DNA from: Epiperipatus broadwayi
Lineage: Eukaryota > Animalia > Onychophora
Direction: 5' to 3'
DNA length: 64,000 nucleotides
Assembly (NCBI GenBank): GCA_028023455.1
Contig: JAQFVV010000007.1
Location: 11,222,001-11,286,000 of the forward strand
Shown here: in pieces, positions 1-13,737 of the stretch
Layout: the number at the start of each line of letters is the position of its first letter
Position numbering within the stretch: the stretch's first letter is position 1
The notes under the pieces: generated by a model
The model's database searches: none
Told to the model about the DNA's origin: nothing
Seen by the model: only the letters and a program-made list of their open reading frames with translations
Position numbers and translations under genes: made by a program

Positions 1-844
1 ATTACAACTACATTTCTATATAAAATATATTTTATCATCATGAAAATGACCATTCTAATTCCAGAAAGAACAAGTAGGCAAATAACTGAACTTTGCAATG
101 ATTATATAAATCAATCTATGCATCACAATTAGGTTTACATATATCACATGTTCACTTTTGAACACTTTTGTTATCTATTAAAACTTTTGTTATACCTGAT
201 CAATTAAGTGAATCAAGCTTGAACTATAGTTGTTTTTACATAACTGCACATATCATTTACAATAAATAATTATTCAATACTTAAAATTATTGTCAATGTA
301 TTGTTGACATAAATAATGCAATCAACATAATAATCCAATGTCTTGTTTTCACTAATTCTCAAATAAAAATTCTGTAAGGACTTTAAAGATCTCAAATAAT
401 ATGAGGCTGTGACTATGCAAAAAGATACTCCCATAAGTTAATTTAGGGATAAAGATTGGTTTATTGTAATATATAATATACTTCTGTGGAAAAGTAGTTC
501 TAATTTAATAAAATGCAAAATTTAATTACCATAGGCTTTATTGTAAATGCATTATATATTTATCTTATCTGAAATGAATTCAGGATTAAGCCTAAATAAA
601 TACTGGAGCCAACATTTCTTAATTTTTTGTTTGCCACTTTAACCATGACATTTTGAATATTAATTTTTTTTTACAGTACACATCTGGTTTTAGCACATGC
701 AATCATTAGATTACTACAAAATGATTGTAAATTTTTATGTAAGTCATTGTCAATTTTTCAAGCAATGTAAAAGTTGTAGTTGGCAATATTAATGTTATAT
801 CATCTGTAAAATATAAGATGTTTCAATGAAGAAGACTGATTTTT

Positions 845-1141
845 TTATCATTATTTTCAATCACTATTAATCCACTAGGGTAAAGGTATTGCCAAGATTA
901 ATCCACTCTTCAATATATAACTTTTCTATATCATAAGAAGCTTTATTATGTCATACATGTTCCTCAAATGTGGTCTCTCTCTATGTCTTTTATAATCTTT
1001 TGAGATACTATTTAAGATCATTCATCTATTATCCTCATTTTAGCAATATATTCAGCCCAACTCCATTTCAGTCCCTTATTCTTTCATTCCTGTAAATGAT
1101 AACCATTTGTTCATTTACCATTGTATTTCATTGTTGATATC
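845..1141 (-). mobile_element. RTE-clade LINE, 3' end (distal half of an RTE split by the LTR element at 1142-9334)
   Basis: Reverse strand reads KGLKWSWAEYIAK (decayed LKWSWAGHIAR) and is homologous to the RTE 3' ends at 29630-29910, 45228-45672 and 55050-55520. It joins seamlessly to 9335-9800 across the ATATC duplication. Confidence 0.8.
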
Positions 1142-1732
1142 TGATTATTTTTACAAGCTTGACCATAGTTGAAAAAAAACCCCATTATTTTAGAAAAACA
1201 TATTTAATTACTAAAACAAATTAAGATTTTGTTTTTCTACCTCTTCCCTGTAGTTTGTTATTACAACTCTATAAAATTCTGAGAATTGTCATTAAATTTT
1301 GGATTTATAAAATTATGTTTACGCTATTTTAAGACTATTGTGTGACCTAATTTAAAAATTGTTTACAAGTAAAACTAAAAGCTGCTTTTATAATTAGTAT
1401 AAAACTAATTTTATTACTATGTATGTAGAATAACAATATCGGAAACGTGTCTATATACATATGTAATTTCAATAAAGTAACCGTAAAATTGACTAATAAT
1501 TTAAGACTAAAATATTTTTAAACTAGAAATCTTTTAAAATGAACACATATCTGTAATATATAGATATTTTATTAAATTACAGACATACCATTTGCATACA
1601 TATGTGTGATTCCACATATATAGTAAGTTATGGTTGTTTAAATGGGTAGTCTAAGAGGTTTAAACCTGGCATAGAGATAGGTATGGGGGTAAAGTATGTG
1701 AAACAGGCAAGTGGATTAAACTGACTGTTTCA
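1142..1732. repeat. LTR (left copy)
   Basis: tgattatttttacaagcttgac...ctgactgtttca. It aligns along its length with 8756-9334, with many substitutions and small indels. Confidence 0.8.
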
Positions 1733-1989
1733 TATCCTCAAATGTACTTAAAAAACAAATAAAAATGCCTTTACTTAATTTTGGATTATATACAATGATC
1801 ACTCTTGGTATTCATATAAATGTCTAGTTTTAAATTTTACTCCTGTCTAAACTCTCATGCTCCATCCCATAAAGAAAACTTATATAAAATAGAAATAGAT
1901 AAAAAAACACTTCTATCTAAAATAATTAGAACATACTATTTAGAAAAAGAAAATTATATTTATAAAGTGATAAAAACAAATATAAAAGA

Positions 1990-4880
1990 AATCATATGGT
2001 GTTGGTAACCCCCCCAGGGTTGTTGAGTTTAGTTTACAAAGGAAAAGGGAGGGGTTTGATCAATGTACCTCATGATTGTTTAGGTAGGATCAGGGGGTTG
2101 ATTGTTATCTGATTCTGGTGATATGGAATCAAAAAACCCTAGGAGATCATTATGTTTTTCTGATATCCAATCATATTCACTCTCATCCAACACCTCAAAC
2201 AGGGAGGGACCATCCTTGAATGCCTCAAGACAGCTGGCAAATGCACCCCCTTCAAAATGAATCTCCATTACTTCCCCTATATTCATCATCCATAGTATAT
2301 ACATTATTGAAATAATGGTCACTACACATGACAGAGTATCTCTTCAGTCCTCCCCATGGTCTATTCATAGGTTGTGATAATGGGTTTACCATTTGCACTT
2401 TCTTGGGACAGTATAAGAACATTTGTTCTGCTTTTTACTTGCATTTTCCCATTTTGTAGTGGCTGTGACAAGATGCGTACACCCCTCCTTTTCTTACTCA
2501 CCTTTCCTTAGTGGAGTTGGCTCTCCTTTGAACAACTAACTTTGATGTGGTTATCTGGAGTTGGTGTTCCACCAAACTTGACATCCTCTTTTGTCATAAT
2601 CGATAATGCAACCATATCTATTAAGAAAATCATTTTCCAACACAATGTCATGGATCAATCTGGATAGGACCAGAAAGGAGTGGCCAAGTTGTCCAATCCC
2701 ACTTGATATCCAACCACACCTGATACTTCTTGGTCATAGTCTTTTGGCCATTAACCAGGATCATTCACCTACATCCGGCTGGTAATTTTATCACTGCAGA
2801 ACTTTTTTCTAGTTGTCTAACCCATTCTTACAAGGTTATGAATACCTGACTGCCCATATCTACTAAAGCAGTTACTTCTATAGCTTTTATTGTAACTTGA
2901 ACCACTGGACAAGGATTCAGGTAAACTTTGACCCAGTCTCTTCTGCCTCTAATATCATGGACATAACGTATTTGGGGTTCCCTTTAGCACCAATGGGTCT
3001 CTGGTAAGGGGACTACCTAATGGCATCCCCTCCCATTTAACAACCACCCTCCTTTATAAGGTCTTTTCACCCTTGTTTGGCCAAATTCCTCCTCGACCAT
3101 TGTTGTTCGACACCTTGGTGGCTCAACTTTGCAGATCTTTCTGAGGGGATCTCTATCAAAGTGGGTATAATCAATTATTGTTAATAATTCTGTTATATCC
3201 TTGACAAATTTAGCTTGACATCTGTTGTACCAGTAAGGATATATTTTGTTTTATGGCCAAATTATTTGTGCATCAATAAATGTAAAGGCAGACAGAGAAT
3301 GCAGCCTAGACTCCTGTTTTATAAAGAACTGTGCATGAGTTTCCTTGGGGATAGACCCATAATTTTCTCATAAGACTGCATAATAGATGCCATTCTGTCT
3401 TTCAGTACTCCAAAAACTTCTAATCAGGGAGGCTTGGTAACTCTTGAATATTGATCATTTTTCCATTAAGGAATATCACCATGACTTTGCATATTCTTGT
3501 AGGTAATTCACAACCAGTGTTATCTGGTCAGATGCCCTCATCCATTGAAAATTGAAAAATTCCTGCAAGCTCTCTAGATGGGCTTTCAGACTTTCTCCCA
3601 CTTCAACATTAAAAGTCTTAACTTGTATAAACTTGGCAACCTATAAGGGGGGGGGTTAACCTCAGATATATGGGGTATCTCCACTGGCACATCCTCTACT
3701 GGCCTATCTACACTCTGGAAGCTGGACCCTGATTCTCTTTTTATCATCTTTCCTTCAACAATAGGTTCTGGTGCCTGATATTTTATCTCATAATCCATGA
3801 CCCCCTCTGTAACTGCATCTTGAGAAACCCAAGAGACATTTACATTCCCAGTCTTCCCAACCTAGTAGCTTCTATAACCCTCATCTTTTTAGGTCTATAT
3901 ATTTCAATCTACATACTAGGGTCATCCCTATCCTTTTGACTTACCAGGGTCCCCAGGGATGTATGCATGTGTCCCATTGGAGGATTAATATGGTCCCCTT
4001 TGCAAGTTAGTTTCAGTACTATAGGTATCTGAACATGGGATAGGTTTTTTACTTCATGCAGGATATGCAAAATGTCCCCTGTATACTCTGTAATTCCTTT
4101 ATAGTCTCTCACTGCACCCTCAGCTTTTCTTTGGTATTGATTAGTTTCATCTCTAATTCACCTTTAATCTCTTCTACCACTACCTCTAATTAAGCTTTCT
4201 GGGTCATGGCCATTTTTCTCATTATCTCAACTTCATTTCCTAATTTCTGGATAGCTTTGTCCATTTCTTCCTTGTGAACTTCTAAGAGCTCAGTAATCTC
4301 TACCTTTATATTTTGAAAATTCTGTCTGCATTCTATCCTCAACCTCTCTAAACTTTCTTGTAGCCTTTCTTCTATCACTCTATCTCTGGTCTCCCTTGAC
4401 TCCAGCTTTTCCTAACATTTTGTTATATTCCATCTGTTTTCTTCAGAACTCCTCTGAATTTTTGCTTTCAGAATTTGATTCCTTTCTTCTGACCTCCTTG
4501 TCTTTTCTCACATACACTCTCAAAGTTGGGAGAGCAGAGTAATGAAGTCTGCACTCATGACAGGTTGTTCCATGGTGGAGTTGTTAAAATATACAGGGCT
4601 TTCTACATATCCTTTCTTTGGATCTCTCTCTTCCTTTACTTCCTTTTCTCTTTCTCCCTCTGAGTCATGGTCCCAACTGGATTGACATTCCAGCACCTGT
4701 CTACCCACTACATTACTATCTGCAACTATACTCTTCTCACACAGCATTTTCCCAGACTCTTTACAGGTAACAGAGCTTATTTCTCATTCCGTTTCCACAT
4801 CTTCTATCACACTTCCTCCTCCTCCTATTTCTGCCTCTGTACTACTATCTTTTTTTCAATATATGGTCTCTATTAATTCT
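1990..4880 (-). pseudogene. Ty3/gypsy-type gag and aspartic protease relic, frameshifted; RT, RNase H and integrase absent
   Basis: Minus strand gives a coiled-coil segment (4190-4378) and capsid-like FFNFQWMRASDQITLVVNYLQEYAKSW and SLIRSFWSTERQNG (about 3380-3650). It also gives protease PVVQVTIKAIEVTALVDMGSQV (about 2840-2910; decayed D-T/S-G) and LIHDIVLENDFLNRYGCIIDY (about 2600-2660). GC content is higher than the flanks. Confidence 0.8.
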
Positions 4881-6674
4881 TTATCTATTACGATTGAAAG
4901 TTTTTAAAATATCCTATCACTATGGCTTTTCACCCACTTTCCCCTGAAAATGGCTTACCCTATGGTCCCTTTCTCTACTAGCCTCAGACCACTATAGCTT
5001 CCTCCTAACCTATCCTATCTCCATTTCTATGATATGGAGTGTCATACTTAAATTTAAAAAAAAATTGGTTAAATTACAATAGTTAAATTTTTCTGCCCAA
5101 TATGTTCTATATATGTGGTTCATAAATTATAATTTTATACTAGAAATTTATAAATAAAATTTAGTAAAATAAATTCTTATCCCAAAGTGCCTGTTCCTTT
5201 CTTAGATTAACTGCAATCATTTCTACTAAAAAAAATTATAAAAGATTCATCACTGGGTTTATTATTATTGCTATGCCAGTTTTAGCTTTATTTGAGTACC
5301 CATATACTAATACTGTTCATTGATCATGTCAAACTCATTTCATTGACAATATCCAACTCAACTCTTTAAAATATTATTCCTGATGACAACATTTATTAGG
5401 AGAGACCTTTAGTCTTCTCAGACACAGCCATCAGTGAGCAAGTATATTTCAAAAATTTTAAATTGTTTCCTAGACCAATCTAAATATAATCATAAAGTAT
5501 TTCACTTCAATTGCCCTATGTGTATATATATATTGACTCTGTGCCAGTGAAGGAAAAAAAATTCATCTGAAGTTTTCCAGTATATGCCAAACAAAAAAAA
5601 AATACATATATATAGTCTGGGAACAAAAAATTATATCCACATACTATTTTATAATTTTAACATATGACTAACAGGATTTACATTTTTGACAAGAGTGAAA
5701 AAATATTTTATTACATGATTTAACCCCCATTAATGTATTATATATAGACAACAAAAGTATGGAAAATTTTATCAAAATCTGGGAAAATTTTCATATATAT
5801 ATAATTGCTGACACAGAGTATAAAGAAATTAACCAATCCAGGGTATGAAATAAATTGATGTATACCCCAATTGAGTATTCAAACTCAGGTCAAAAAAATC
5901 TACATCTATTATGGTGTCAATATACAAATGGTTTTTCACACATATACAGTGTGTGGAATAAATTGACAGACCTCATGCTTAGGCATCTAGAACCCATGGA
6001 AAAAAATTATACTACATATATTTTAGAAAAACAACTTTACATATCTTATAACAAAAACACTTTCCCCCTTGTTTCTCAACCTGAAATCATCATTCAGGGT
6101 ATGTGGATGTTTACCCTATCGAAGCCCTACATTGTCATGCCAGAACTCAAAGAAAAAAAAATAGATATATATCTTTTCCCTCTGCCCACGTGCATTTAGT
6201 TTAGGGCTGTGGAAAATAATTATCTAACCCCCCAAAAAACTAATACAAGTATTTTGAGGGGAAAAAAAGCTTTTGTATTTTATTATATATATATGTATAG
6301 ACCAATCAAAGGGAATGTGGGTATGCTATTCATAGCCTCTAAGTTGTGGCACCAGAACTCAGGAAAAAAAACCTATGTAAGAATTGTCCCTCCATGTAAC
6401 AAAATCTAGAACACAGGCAAAATTCACTAAAGTTGATCGAATCTGGATTCTGGAATCCAGAATCTGGCCAACATTCAATCCTTTCCCCTCTGCTCAATGA
6501 TCTAATATTCTATGGATGACATCAATTTAACCTTGGTCCGGCAGTCACCCAGGGTAGAACAAGAGACTCATAAAATAACATAAATTAACAATTATTTGGT
6601 CAGATATACACACATATGACTAAGTGAACTGTTAATATATTAATGATTAATTAAGAAATGTAATAGAGTGACCT

Positions 6675-6685
6675 ACACACACACC

Positions 6686-6722
<37 letters not shown>
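6675..6722. repeat. (CA)n(TA)n compound microsatellite
   Basis: Read directly from the sequence. Confidence 0.95.
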
Positions 6723-8755
6723 CTAATGATGTATGTACAAATAAATATAGAGTTGGATGAAAATGAATTCACAGACAATAAAGCTATGAAAACGAGGTAT
6801 ATTTTAAATAATAACCTTTATATTTATACTTTACATTTGTCCAATATAATAGTATTAAATCGTGCTTTCACACTTCTAACGTAAAGCTATAATATTAATT
6901 TAATAAAGAAAATAAAATATAGTAAAACTAAAATATACAAAATTATATAGTTGGAAAGTGAAAGATCACTCTCACAGGCATTACAAAACTAATGAGATTA
7001 ATGTTACATGTTATCTCATCATAAAATGTTCAATAAAGTGTAGTGTGATATTTAAGTTTATGCCTATATTAATATACCAAATTTATGCTCTTGTGTAGTC
7101 TGCTAAAACATATGGAACATAATAGTTAAAGTTATATAATTAACTTAATAGTGCTCCTATGGCATCTATCTATATACCAAATTAAGTCAAGCACATAATC
7201 AGACTCACAGATATGCAGGTTAGCATGTTAACCTAGATTAGGATATACACTGATGCTGGATAAGCATTTACTATAAAGAAAAAGAAAACTGGTTTATTAT
7301 AGGTTTACCTATATACTCTATGGCATGTATTAAAATATTATTACAACTAGAAGGCATGAATGGGTCATTATTCATGGGCTTCAGCATCAAATGCTCAGTT
7401 GCCCTATGACCAATTAACTTGTCACGAATATGAACATTAGTGGTTCAGGGAGTCAGATAAGCATTAATTATGAATAATCTGGGACCTTATGTTCCAGTTC
7501 TGAAAGTGTTTGCTTTACCTGAACTAAGTGGATAAGGGTGACCTCCACCATCCACTCATCAAGAATCATGCAGCAAGCAGTTGATTGTACATAGCATACT
7601 TAGTAAGGACACATCTGCAGCTTATACATATATATATATATATAATGCAAATACATAAATTATCTTAGCATGCCTTAAAAATAGATAGAATCTATTTGCA
7701 TATCCCAGTTCTCAAATTTAGTATTTCATATATACTATTTAGAGACTAAATTAATTAGTAACCTAGTTTAAGATTATCACCTGCATCTCAATATATATAA
7801 ATCTAAATAGGACAAAGCATATTTGAAGGGTAATTACAGATAAAACATTAGAAATATGTTTTGAGAATATATCTGTGGCTAGTTCCTATGATGTATGAGT
7901 TACATATATAGATAGTTATAATTTATAACTAGAGTTATGCAAACTACAATTTTAACTAGAGCACTACTGATTATTATAATATTAATATCCAAAATTAATC
8001 AGAAAAATAATAACATGATCTCAAAACAGCGAGTGAAAAAGTAATAATTCAATTATTTAATATTTATTATAGCGAAGATTTAAAATTATCTTCGCAGAGC
8101 GATAAGCTAAAATTATACTTATAAATACTCATGGTTTTGAGTTATTTGACATATTAAATATATATATAATATTACGATAAAATTATAGAATTGAATAGAT
8201 CAGAAATAGGCATAAAAGACCGCAGAAAGTTATACATTTAGTTTAAAACAGATTATCATAGTTTTACATTTTAGGAGAGAATTAAATATTACATGTTTCA
8301 CAATCACACAAGATTCAAACATTAGTGTTTAATAGCTTTCTTTGCAGATTTTAGAAAAGGTGGTTGTAAAGGCAGGTTTAGTAAAGAGCTAGCTTTAAAT
8401 AGAGAATAGAAAGTCACAGTTTATGAACGGAGCTCTGAGTGAAAATTTACCAGTCAGTTGTCTTTTATTGCAGTTCTGAGCACTTGGGATGATAAGTTGA
8501 CACTTTTGGCAATGATTTAACATTAATGTATTTTTCCATGGGCTGCATTTTTGAGGTACAGCTCATCGTGTTTTGTCAGACCAAAGTTCTCCCATCTCCA
8601 GCAAAGGGCCAGAGGTAGTGAGTTATGGCCTACTTTACTCCACCATTTTAAAAATAAAATGAATGTGGGTTCAGTTAATAACTCACTTATTATATATAAC
8701 TCTCTTTTTGGCCACAAAACTTGAAGTATTTATATTTTTCTTAACTCAGGCCACC

Positions 8756-9334
8756 TAATTATTTTTACAAGCTTGACTGCAGTTGAAAAACCCATTACTT
8801 TACTTTAGAAAAATATATTTAATTACTAAAACTAATTTAGATATTGTTTTTCTACCCCCCCTGTAGTTTATTATTACAACTATAAAATTCTGAGTCATTA
8901 AAATTTTGGATTTATAAAATCAAGTTTAAGCTATTTTAAGACTATTGCATGATATAATTTAAAAGTTTTTTACAAGTAAAGTAAAAGCTGCTTTTATAAT
9001 TAGTATAAAACTAATTTTATTACTATATATGTAGAATAACAACATCGGGAATGCATCTATATACATATGTGATTTTAATAAAGTAACCATAAAATTGACT
9101 AATAATTTAGACTAAAATATTTCTTAAACTAGAAATCTTTAAAAATTTACACGTATCGGGAATGCATCTATATACATATGTAGACTTACCGATTGCATAT
9201 ATATGTGTGATCCCGCATATATAGTATGTTATGGTTGTTTAAATGGGTACTCTAAGAGGGTTTAAACCTGGCATAGAGATAGGTGTGGGGGTAAAATACA
9301 TAAAACTGGCAGGTGGATGAAACTGACTGTTTCA
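8756..9334. repeat. LTR (right copy; start TG mutated to TA)
   Basis: taattatttttacaagcttgac...ctgactgtttca, followed by TSD atatc. Confidence 0.8.
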
Positions 9335-9800
9335 ATATCTTCTTATTTCTCCCAAACAAACACCTCTTCATACTTTATTGAATAGTTTTATATCTTTATA
9401 TTGCTCTTCTGTTAAATGCCAATACTCCTTTCAAATTTAAATTTTAAGATTAATTCTATACATTATATTTTCATTTAAAATATATCACAGTTAATAACTT
9501 CTAATTCATAATTATTAATCCTTATTTATTTGTTATGAGAAAATCCACTGAATATTACTTTACTCTTTTTAATATTTATCCTTAGTTCCTACTTTTTTTT
9601 ATTTGATAACTTTTGCAACATTTTTGGAAATTCTGAAAAAGTATCTGCAAAAATAACTACATCATCTGCTAAATCTTAATGACTTATATAATCTTCATAT
9701 ATTTTGTTAGATTTTCATTTTAATTCACAACATATATGGTGTAGAATTTGGTAAAATGTTTTTGAGATATGGAATCACCCTATTGGATACCTTAAGCAAA
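9335..9800 (-). mobile_element. RTE-clade LINE RT core relic (proximal half of the split RTE)
   Basis: Reverse strand shows decayed GIQxGDSISxK and ADD motifs and the FxRSIG/KVMKRC thumb region. It is homologous to 54660-55230. Confidence 0.75.
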
Positions 9801-11958
9801 TATTATTTCTTCAATAATAATAATGATGATGATAATGGTAATGATGCTGATGTTGGTGGTGGTGGTGAAGATGATGCTAACAATGATTAGTATTATTGTA
9901 AGGCTACTCAATTTCAATCAAATAATCATTATTTATGTAAGAAAGTAATTAAATAGATAAGATTTGTACTTAAGTTAAAATCATATTTTAAGTTTATTAA
10001 TTCTTCTAACATTTTAATATTTTTCTGCCATCACGAGCAGCAATGTGAGTTAATAGTTCAACATTTTAATTTTATTATTAACACCTTTAATCAATATTAT
10101 GGATCAATATTTTAATCTTGATTTGTTTACATAATAAAAGACATTCTTAATAAACATTTTGGAAATTTCCAAATAAAAAAAAATAACAAAATGAAATACA
10201 TAATAAGAACAATTACTTTTTTTTTTATTGACTAATTGTCATAACACTACTGCAATATATAAATTACCTAAATTACTGTTGAATGAATTTTGTTTTTAAA
10301 CGTAACTGAATAATTGTAAAGTCATCATAAAGCTATAAAATTATATTCTAAAATTTAAAATTGCATTTATATTTATTATTTTTTTTCATTGTCAACCTTA
10401 CCCACAAATTTTAGAATAGACTCTAGTGGTGAAAATATTTACTATGCTACCATGCTTGAATTTTTTATGTGTGCAATTATATCTTTTTACATATATTACA
10501 CAATGTATTTATAGTCTATATTATAAATATTTAAGCTTTCTAATAATTAAAATTCTAAAATATGAAAAATTAATATTTTAAAATTGTGAAAATAAATATC
10601 TAACTGATAGTCTTACTGATAACAAAGGCAAACATTGTTATTGGCTTCATTATATCTGTTAAAAAGTTAAAATAATGAAATATTAGATATTAGAATTTTA
10701 TGCTATTAGGAAATGATATATTTTGAATTAGTTATCATGAAAAAAAAATTGCTAAAAGTTAATAAATTATTAATTGTTATTAAAATATTTCCTTACAATT
10801 TTTACAAAAATGATTTTCTTTTTAGCCTCTAATGGCTTTTTTATGGTAATTTCCGGTTTTTGTAATATATTTGTAAAATGTTTTCAAAGACAAATGTCCC
10901 TCAGTGACATAGTTTTTGGTTTAATAATAAATATTTTACAAAAATATTGCTTCACAGGCATTAACAATTATTGAAAATCATGTTTTTTGTGCCATTTAGT
11001 TGCAGGGGAAATGAATCTAAAGCATCAAGCCAATCACAAATAATAACCTCCTTCATAGCTTGTCAGAACAATAAAATGTGTCAATCACAGACAAAAAGCC
11101 ATAAAAATCCATATACTGATGACATCTCTTGGAATTTTTTTTAAAATTAATGTATTCAAAATGGAAGTTTTTTAGAAAGAATCACTGTAGCCTGTTATGA
11201 CACCATAATTTAACATATATAATGCTTTAAAACAATGTAGAAAAGTAGTGATTGCATCACTATTGTGCTGCCTAAAATGTCAAATATAATAGCACTATCA
11301 AAGCTTACTTTTATGAAATAGTTATATTATCACAAAAATTTAATACTATATGTTTGATATAAAATAAAAATTGTAAGGATTGCTGTTTCCTTGTTCAAAT
11401 TTCATAACATGTGTTTTTAAAAATGCAACACACATCAAAAAAAAATATATATATATATATGAGAAAATATGAGTGTCTTTTTTAACAATTACTATACAAA
11501 TATTTTGCATATATATAAACTACTGAAATCAGACAATTATTTTTTTTCATTACTATCAACAATGGAATTAGAGTTTACAAGATCTATTATGTGCACAAGG
11601 TCAAAAAAACACTAATCAGTAATGCCCTAGTCTTTAGCTGCCTTGTTTTTAGTTTTTCTTTGAGTACTAATCTATCTATTATTGACATCTTTATATAATC
11701 TTTTTTGAGTTTATAAATCAATATTTTCTTTATTTTCAAGTTTACTGTAAAATAAATATAAGCCAGAAAATCAACACTAACAATATCCACAAAACAATGA
11801 TTTAAGTATTAGAATCTTATGGTTTACCACTCATTCATGCTTTATGATTCTAAACAATTATAAAATATATCCTTGCATTATTTTCTCAATGATAAAATTG
11901 CTAAATGTACTAATAGTATTATAAATGTTAAAAGCATAAAACAAAACTAGTCAATAAA

Positions 11959-12424
11959 TAATCAAAATTACTCCAAATTCACAACTTAACCGATTAGCCA
12001 AGGAAATAAACTCTAAAACACTACCAATGGTTTCACTGCTACAGACAGATTGCTCAAGTGTAAAGAACTACAAAATAACATATTTAAACTAAACTTTTAC
12101 CCACAATTCCATTTACTTCCCATACACCTTTAATATTAAAAGAACTTTTAATAAAGTCTATGAAATTAAAAAAAAAGAATTAAAGAATCTTTATTATTAA
12201 AAATTTATGATTCTGAAGCAATTAACTTAATTAAAAGTTCTTTTAATATTAAGGGTGTATGGGAAGTAAGTGGAATTGTGGATAAAAGTTTAGTATAAAT
12301 ATGTTGTTATTTTGTAGTTCTTTACACTTGAGAAGTCTTGTAGCTGTGAAACCATTGGTAGTGTTTTAGAGTTTATTTTCTTGGCTAGTCTGGTTGAGTT
12401 GTGAATTTGGGGTAATTTTGATTA
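11959..12424. mobile_element. Fold-back repeat family K: arms 11959-12152 and 12230-12424, with a degenerate HHR-like motif in each arm
   Basis: The arms are clear reverse complements. Plus arm 12324-12364 reads acac-TTGAGAA-gtcttgtagctgt-GAAA-ccatt; minus arm 12018-12061 reads acac-TTGAGCA-at-CTG-tctgtag-CAG-t-GAAA-ccatt. Confidence 0.7.
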
Positions 12425-12973
12425 ATAATTTTATCTATGTTTCATAATATTTATTAATAGGAAAATTGATGGAAGGCAGTAAATAATCTTATGTTGTTTA
12501 TTTCCAATGATAAGTAATAGCAACTACTCCTTCATTAACATATCTCACAACTATGCATAGCTACATAATTTAGATAAAAAGGGTACTTATGTATTAGTCT
12601 GGCACTGATGAAAGTTGCAGGCACAAACAAATGGGTACATAGGGACTGAATTAATCACATTTACAATCTTATTAAAAGGAAATAAATGAATTTATACATA
12701 AATACTAAATAATATTCCAGTGATATTATCTGGTGAGAAGAAAGTAATTAGTTAAAATGTTGGTTTTTCTCATCGTTTTATGATTTAAACTATGCTGTGA
12801 TGAGATGAAAGAATGCTGGCATGAGTAATCGATCGTCTAGTGAAAGTAACATATAAACAGAATTTATTGTCCATCTTTAATTTTTGCAATGTTATGCAGA
12901 ATGGTATTTTAAATGATTAAAATTTCACACTTTAGTCTGCAGTTTGGACAAACAATGTTGCTGTTTCTTTCAG

Positions 12974-13018
12974 TATTGTCAAAAGAAAGTAGCCATTCAT
13001 AACAGAATGTGGTTCAAA
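12974..13018 (+). CDS. Candidate internal coding exon, 45 nt, YCQKKVAIHNRMWFK; host gene unidentified
   Basis: Acceptor tgttgctgtttctttcag and donor AAA|gtaaga. Only one frame is open (phase 0/0), and it is compatible with the exon at 13738-13801. Confidence 0.45.
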
Positions 13019-13297
13019 GTAAGAATCTTCATTCAGCTGCAGTGATGCTAAGGAACAATGTTTTGTAATGCACCAGAATTGCATGTTTATATTTATGTGT
13101 ATTTTTTTTGTTTGGTACTCTCTATAATAAATATATATGGTCAAAATTTAACTTGTTGGAAGACTATTTCTCACAAAAAATGTAGTGGCCATTTTTCAAA
13201 ATAAATCTTTATAAGTTTAGTTGGTAGAAGATAATTTCTCACTACAAATGTAAATTTAAATACTAGTATATTTACTTAAGCTAGATGTAATTAGTAT

Positions 13298-13449
13298 GGA
13301 TTTGAACCCAGACTTTCAAGCTCTTTTTGAACATGCAATCATCAGATTTTCAATGATGTGGATAGCTAAAGCGGTAGACAGCAGAGAAGATTGAAGCCTG
13401 TTCATTAAAGTTTGAAGATTTACTATCTTAATATAAACAAAGCACTGAT

Positions 13450-13485
<36 letters not shown>

Positions 13486-13642
13486 GAATATGATGATCTG
13501 GACCGATTGATGAGTGCTGGTTCAGCACAATGTACATATATTGTAGAGCATCTAATTTTTTCACAGGTATTTGATCAAGTGTATCAGTTGTAAAAAATTG
13601 AGTGGATTACTGAGGGGAGCTTGAAAATCTGGGTTCAAATCC
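13298..13642. mobile_element. HHR family C locus 1: internally deleted minus arm (13298-13352) plus forward copy (about 13489-13642) with a dead ribozyme
   Basis: ggatttgaacccagactttcaagctc is the reverse complement of 13617-13642. At 13502-13543 the sequence is accga-TTGATGA-GTGCTG-gtt-CAGCAC-aatg (GAAA lost). B-box GGTTCAAATCC lies at 13632-13642. Homologous to 33788-34088 and 51025-51396. Confidence 0.8.
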
Positions 13643-13737
13643 TGTCTATTTGAAAATGTAAATGTGTGTTTGTAGACATTGGTTTTATTTCCACCTAACA
13701 AAGTTATAGGTCAGCATTGATAGATTATGTTTGTCAG

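Larger units (their letters stand above)
1142..9334 (-). mobile_element. Degenerate LTR retrotransposon, 8193 bp, with 5-bp TSD (ATATC at 1137-1141 and 9335-9339), inserted into an RTE LINE
   Basis: Diverged direct repeats of about 590 bp at 1142-1732 and 8756-9334. The outer termini are TG..CA, the flanking ATATC is identical, and RTE sequence is continuous across the insertion. Orientation is inferred as minus from the internal gag/protease strand and a weak purine run (GAGGATA on minus) before the left LTR. Confidence 0.8.

Noticed and set aside
1419-1460. GAAACGTGTC with a long flanking stem, as a hammerhead in the LTR
   Set aside because: No CUGANGA equivalent exists in either LTR copy in any of the three topologies tried.
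5856-6580. Nested solo LTR (TG..CA with taaat flanks)
   Set aside because: taaat|tg occurs repeatedly nearby by chance, and there is no second copy in the window.
7528-7565. Minus-strand TTGATGA followed by a 6-bp GTGGAT/ATCCAC hairpin
   Set aside because: GAAA is replaced by TTAG and there is no helix I/III. It is also not followed by a Helitron-type CTRR end.
8523-8717. LKWW..LPLA as a hAT dimerisation domain
   Set aside because: The downstream PASS..SER.FS motif is absent, and the segment lies inside the LTR element.
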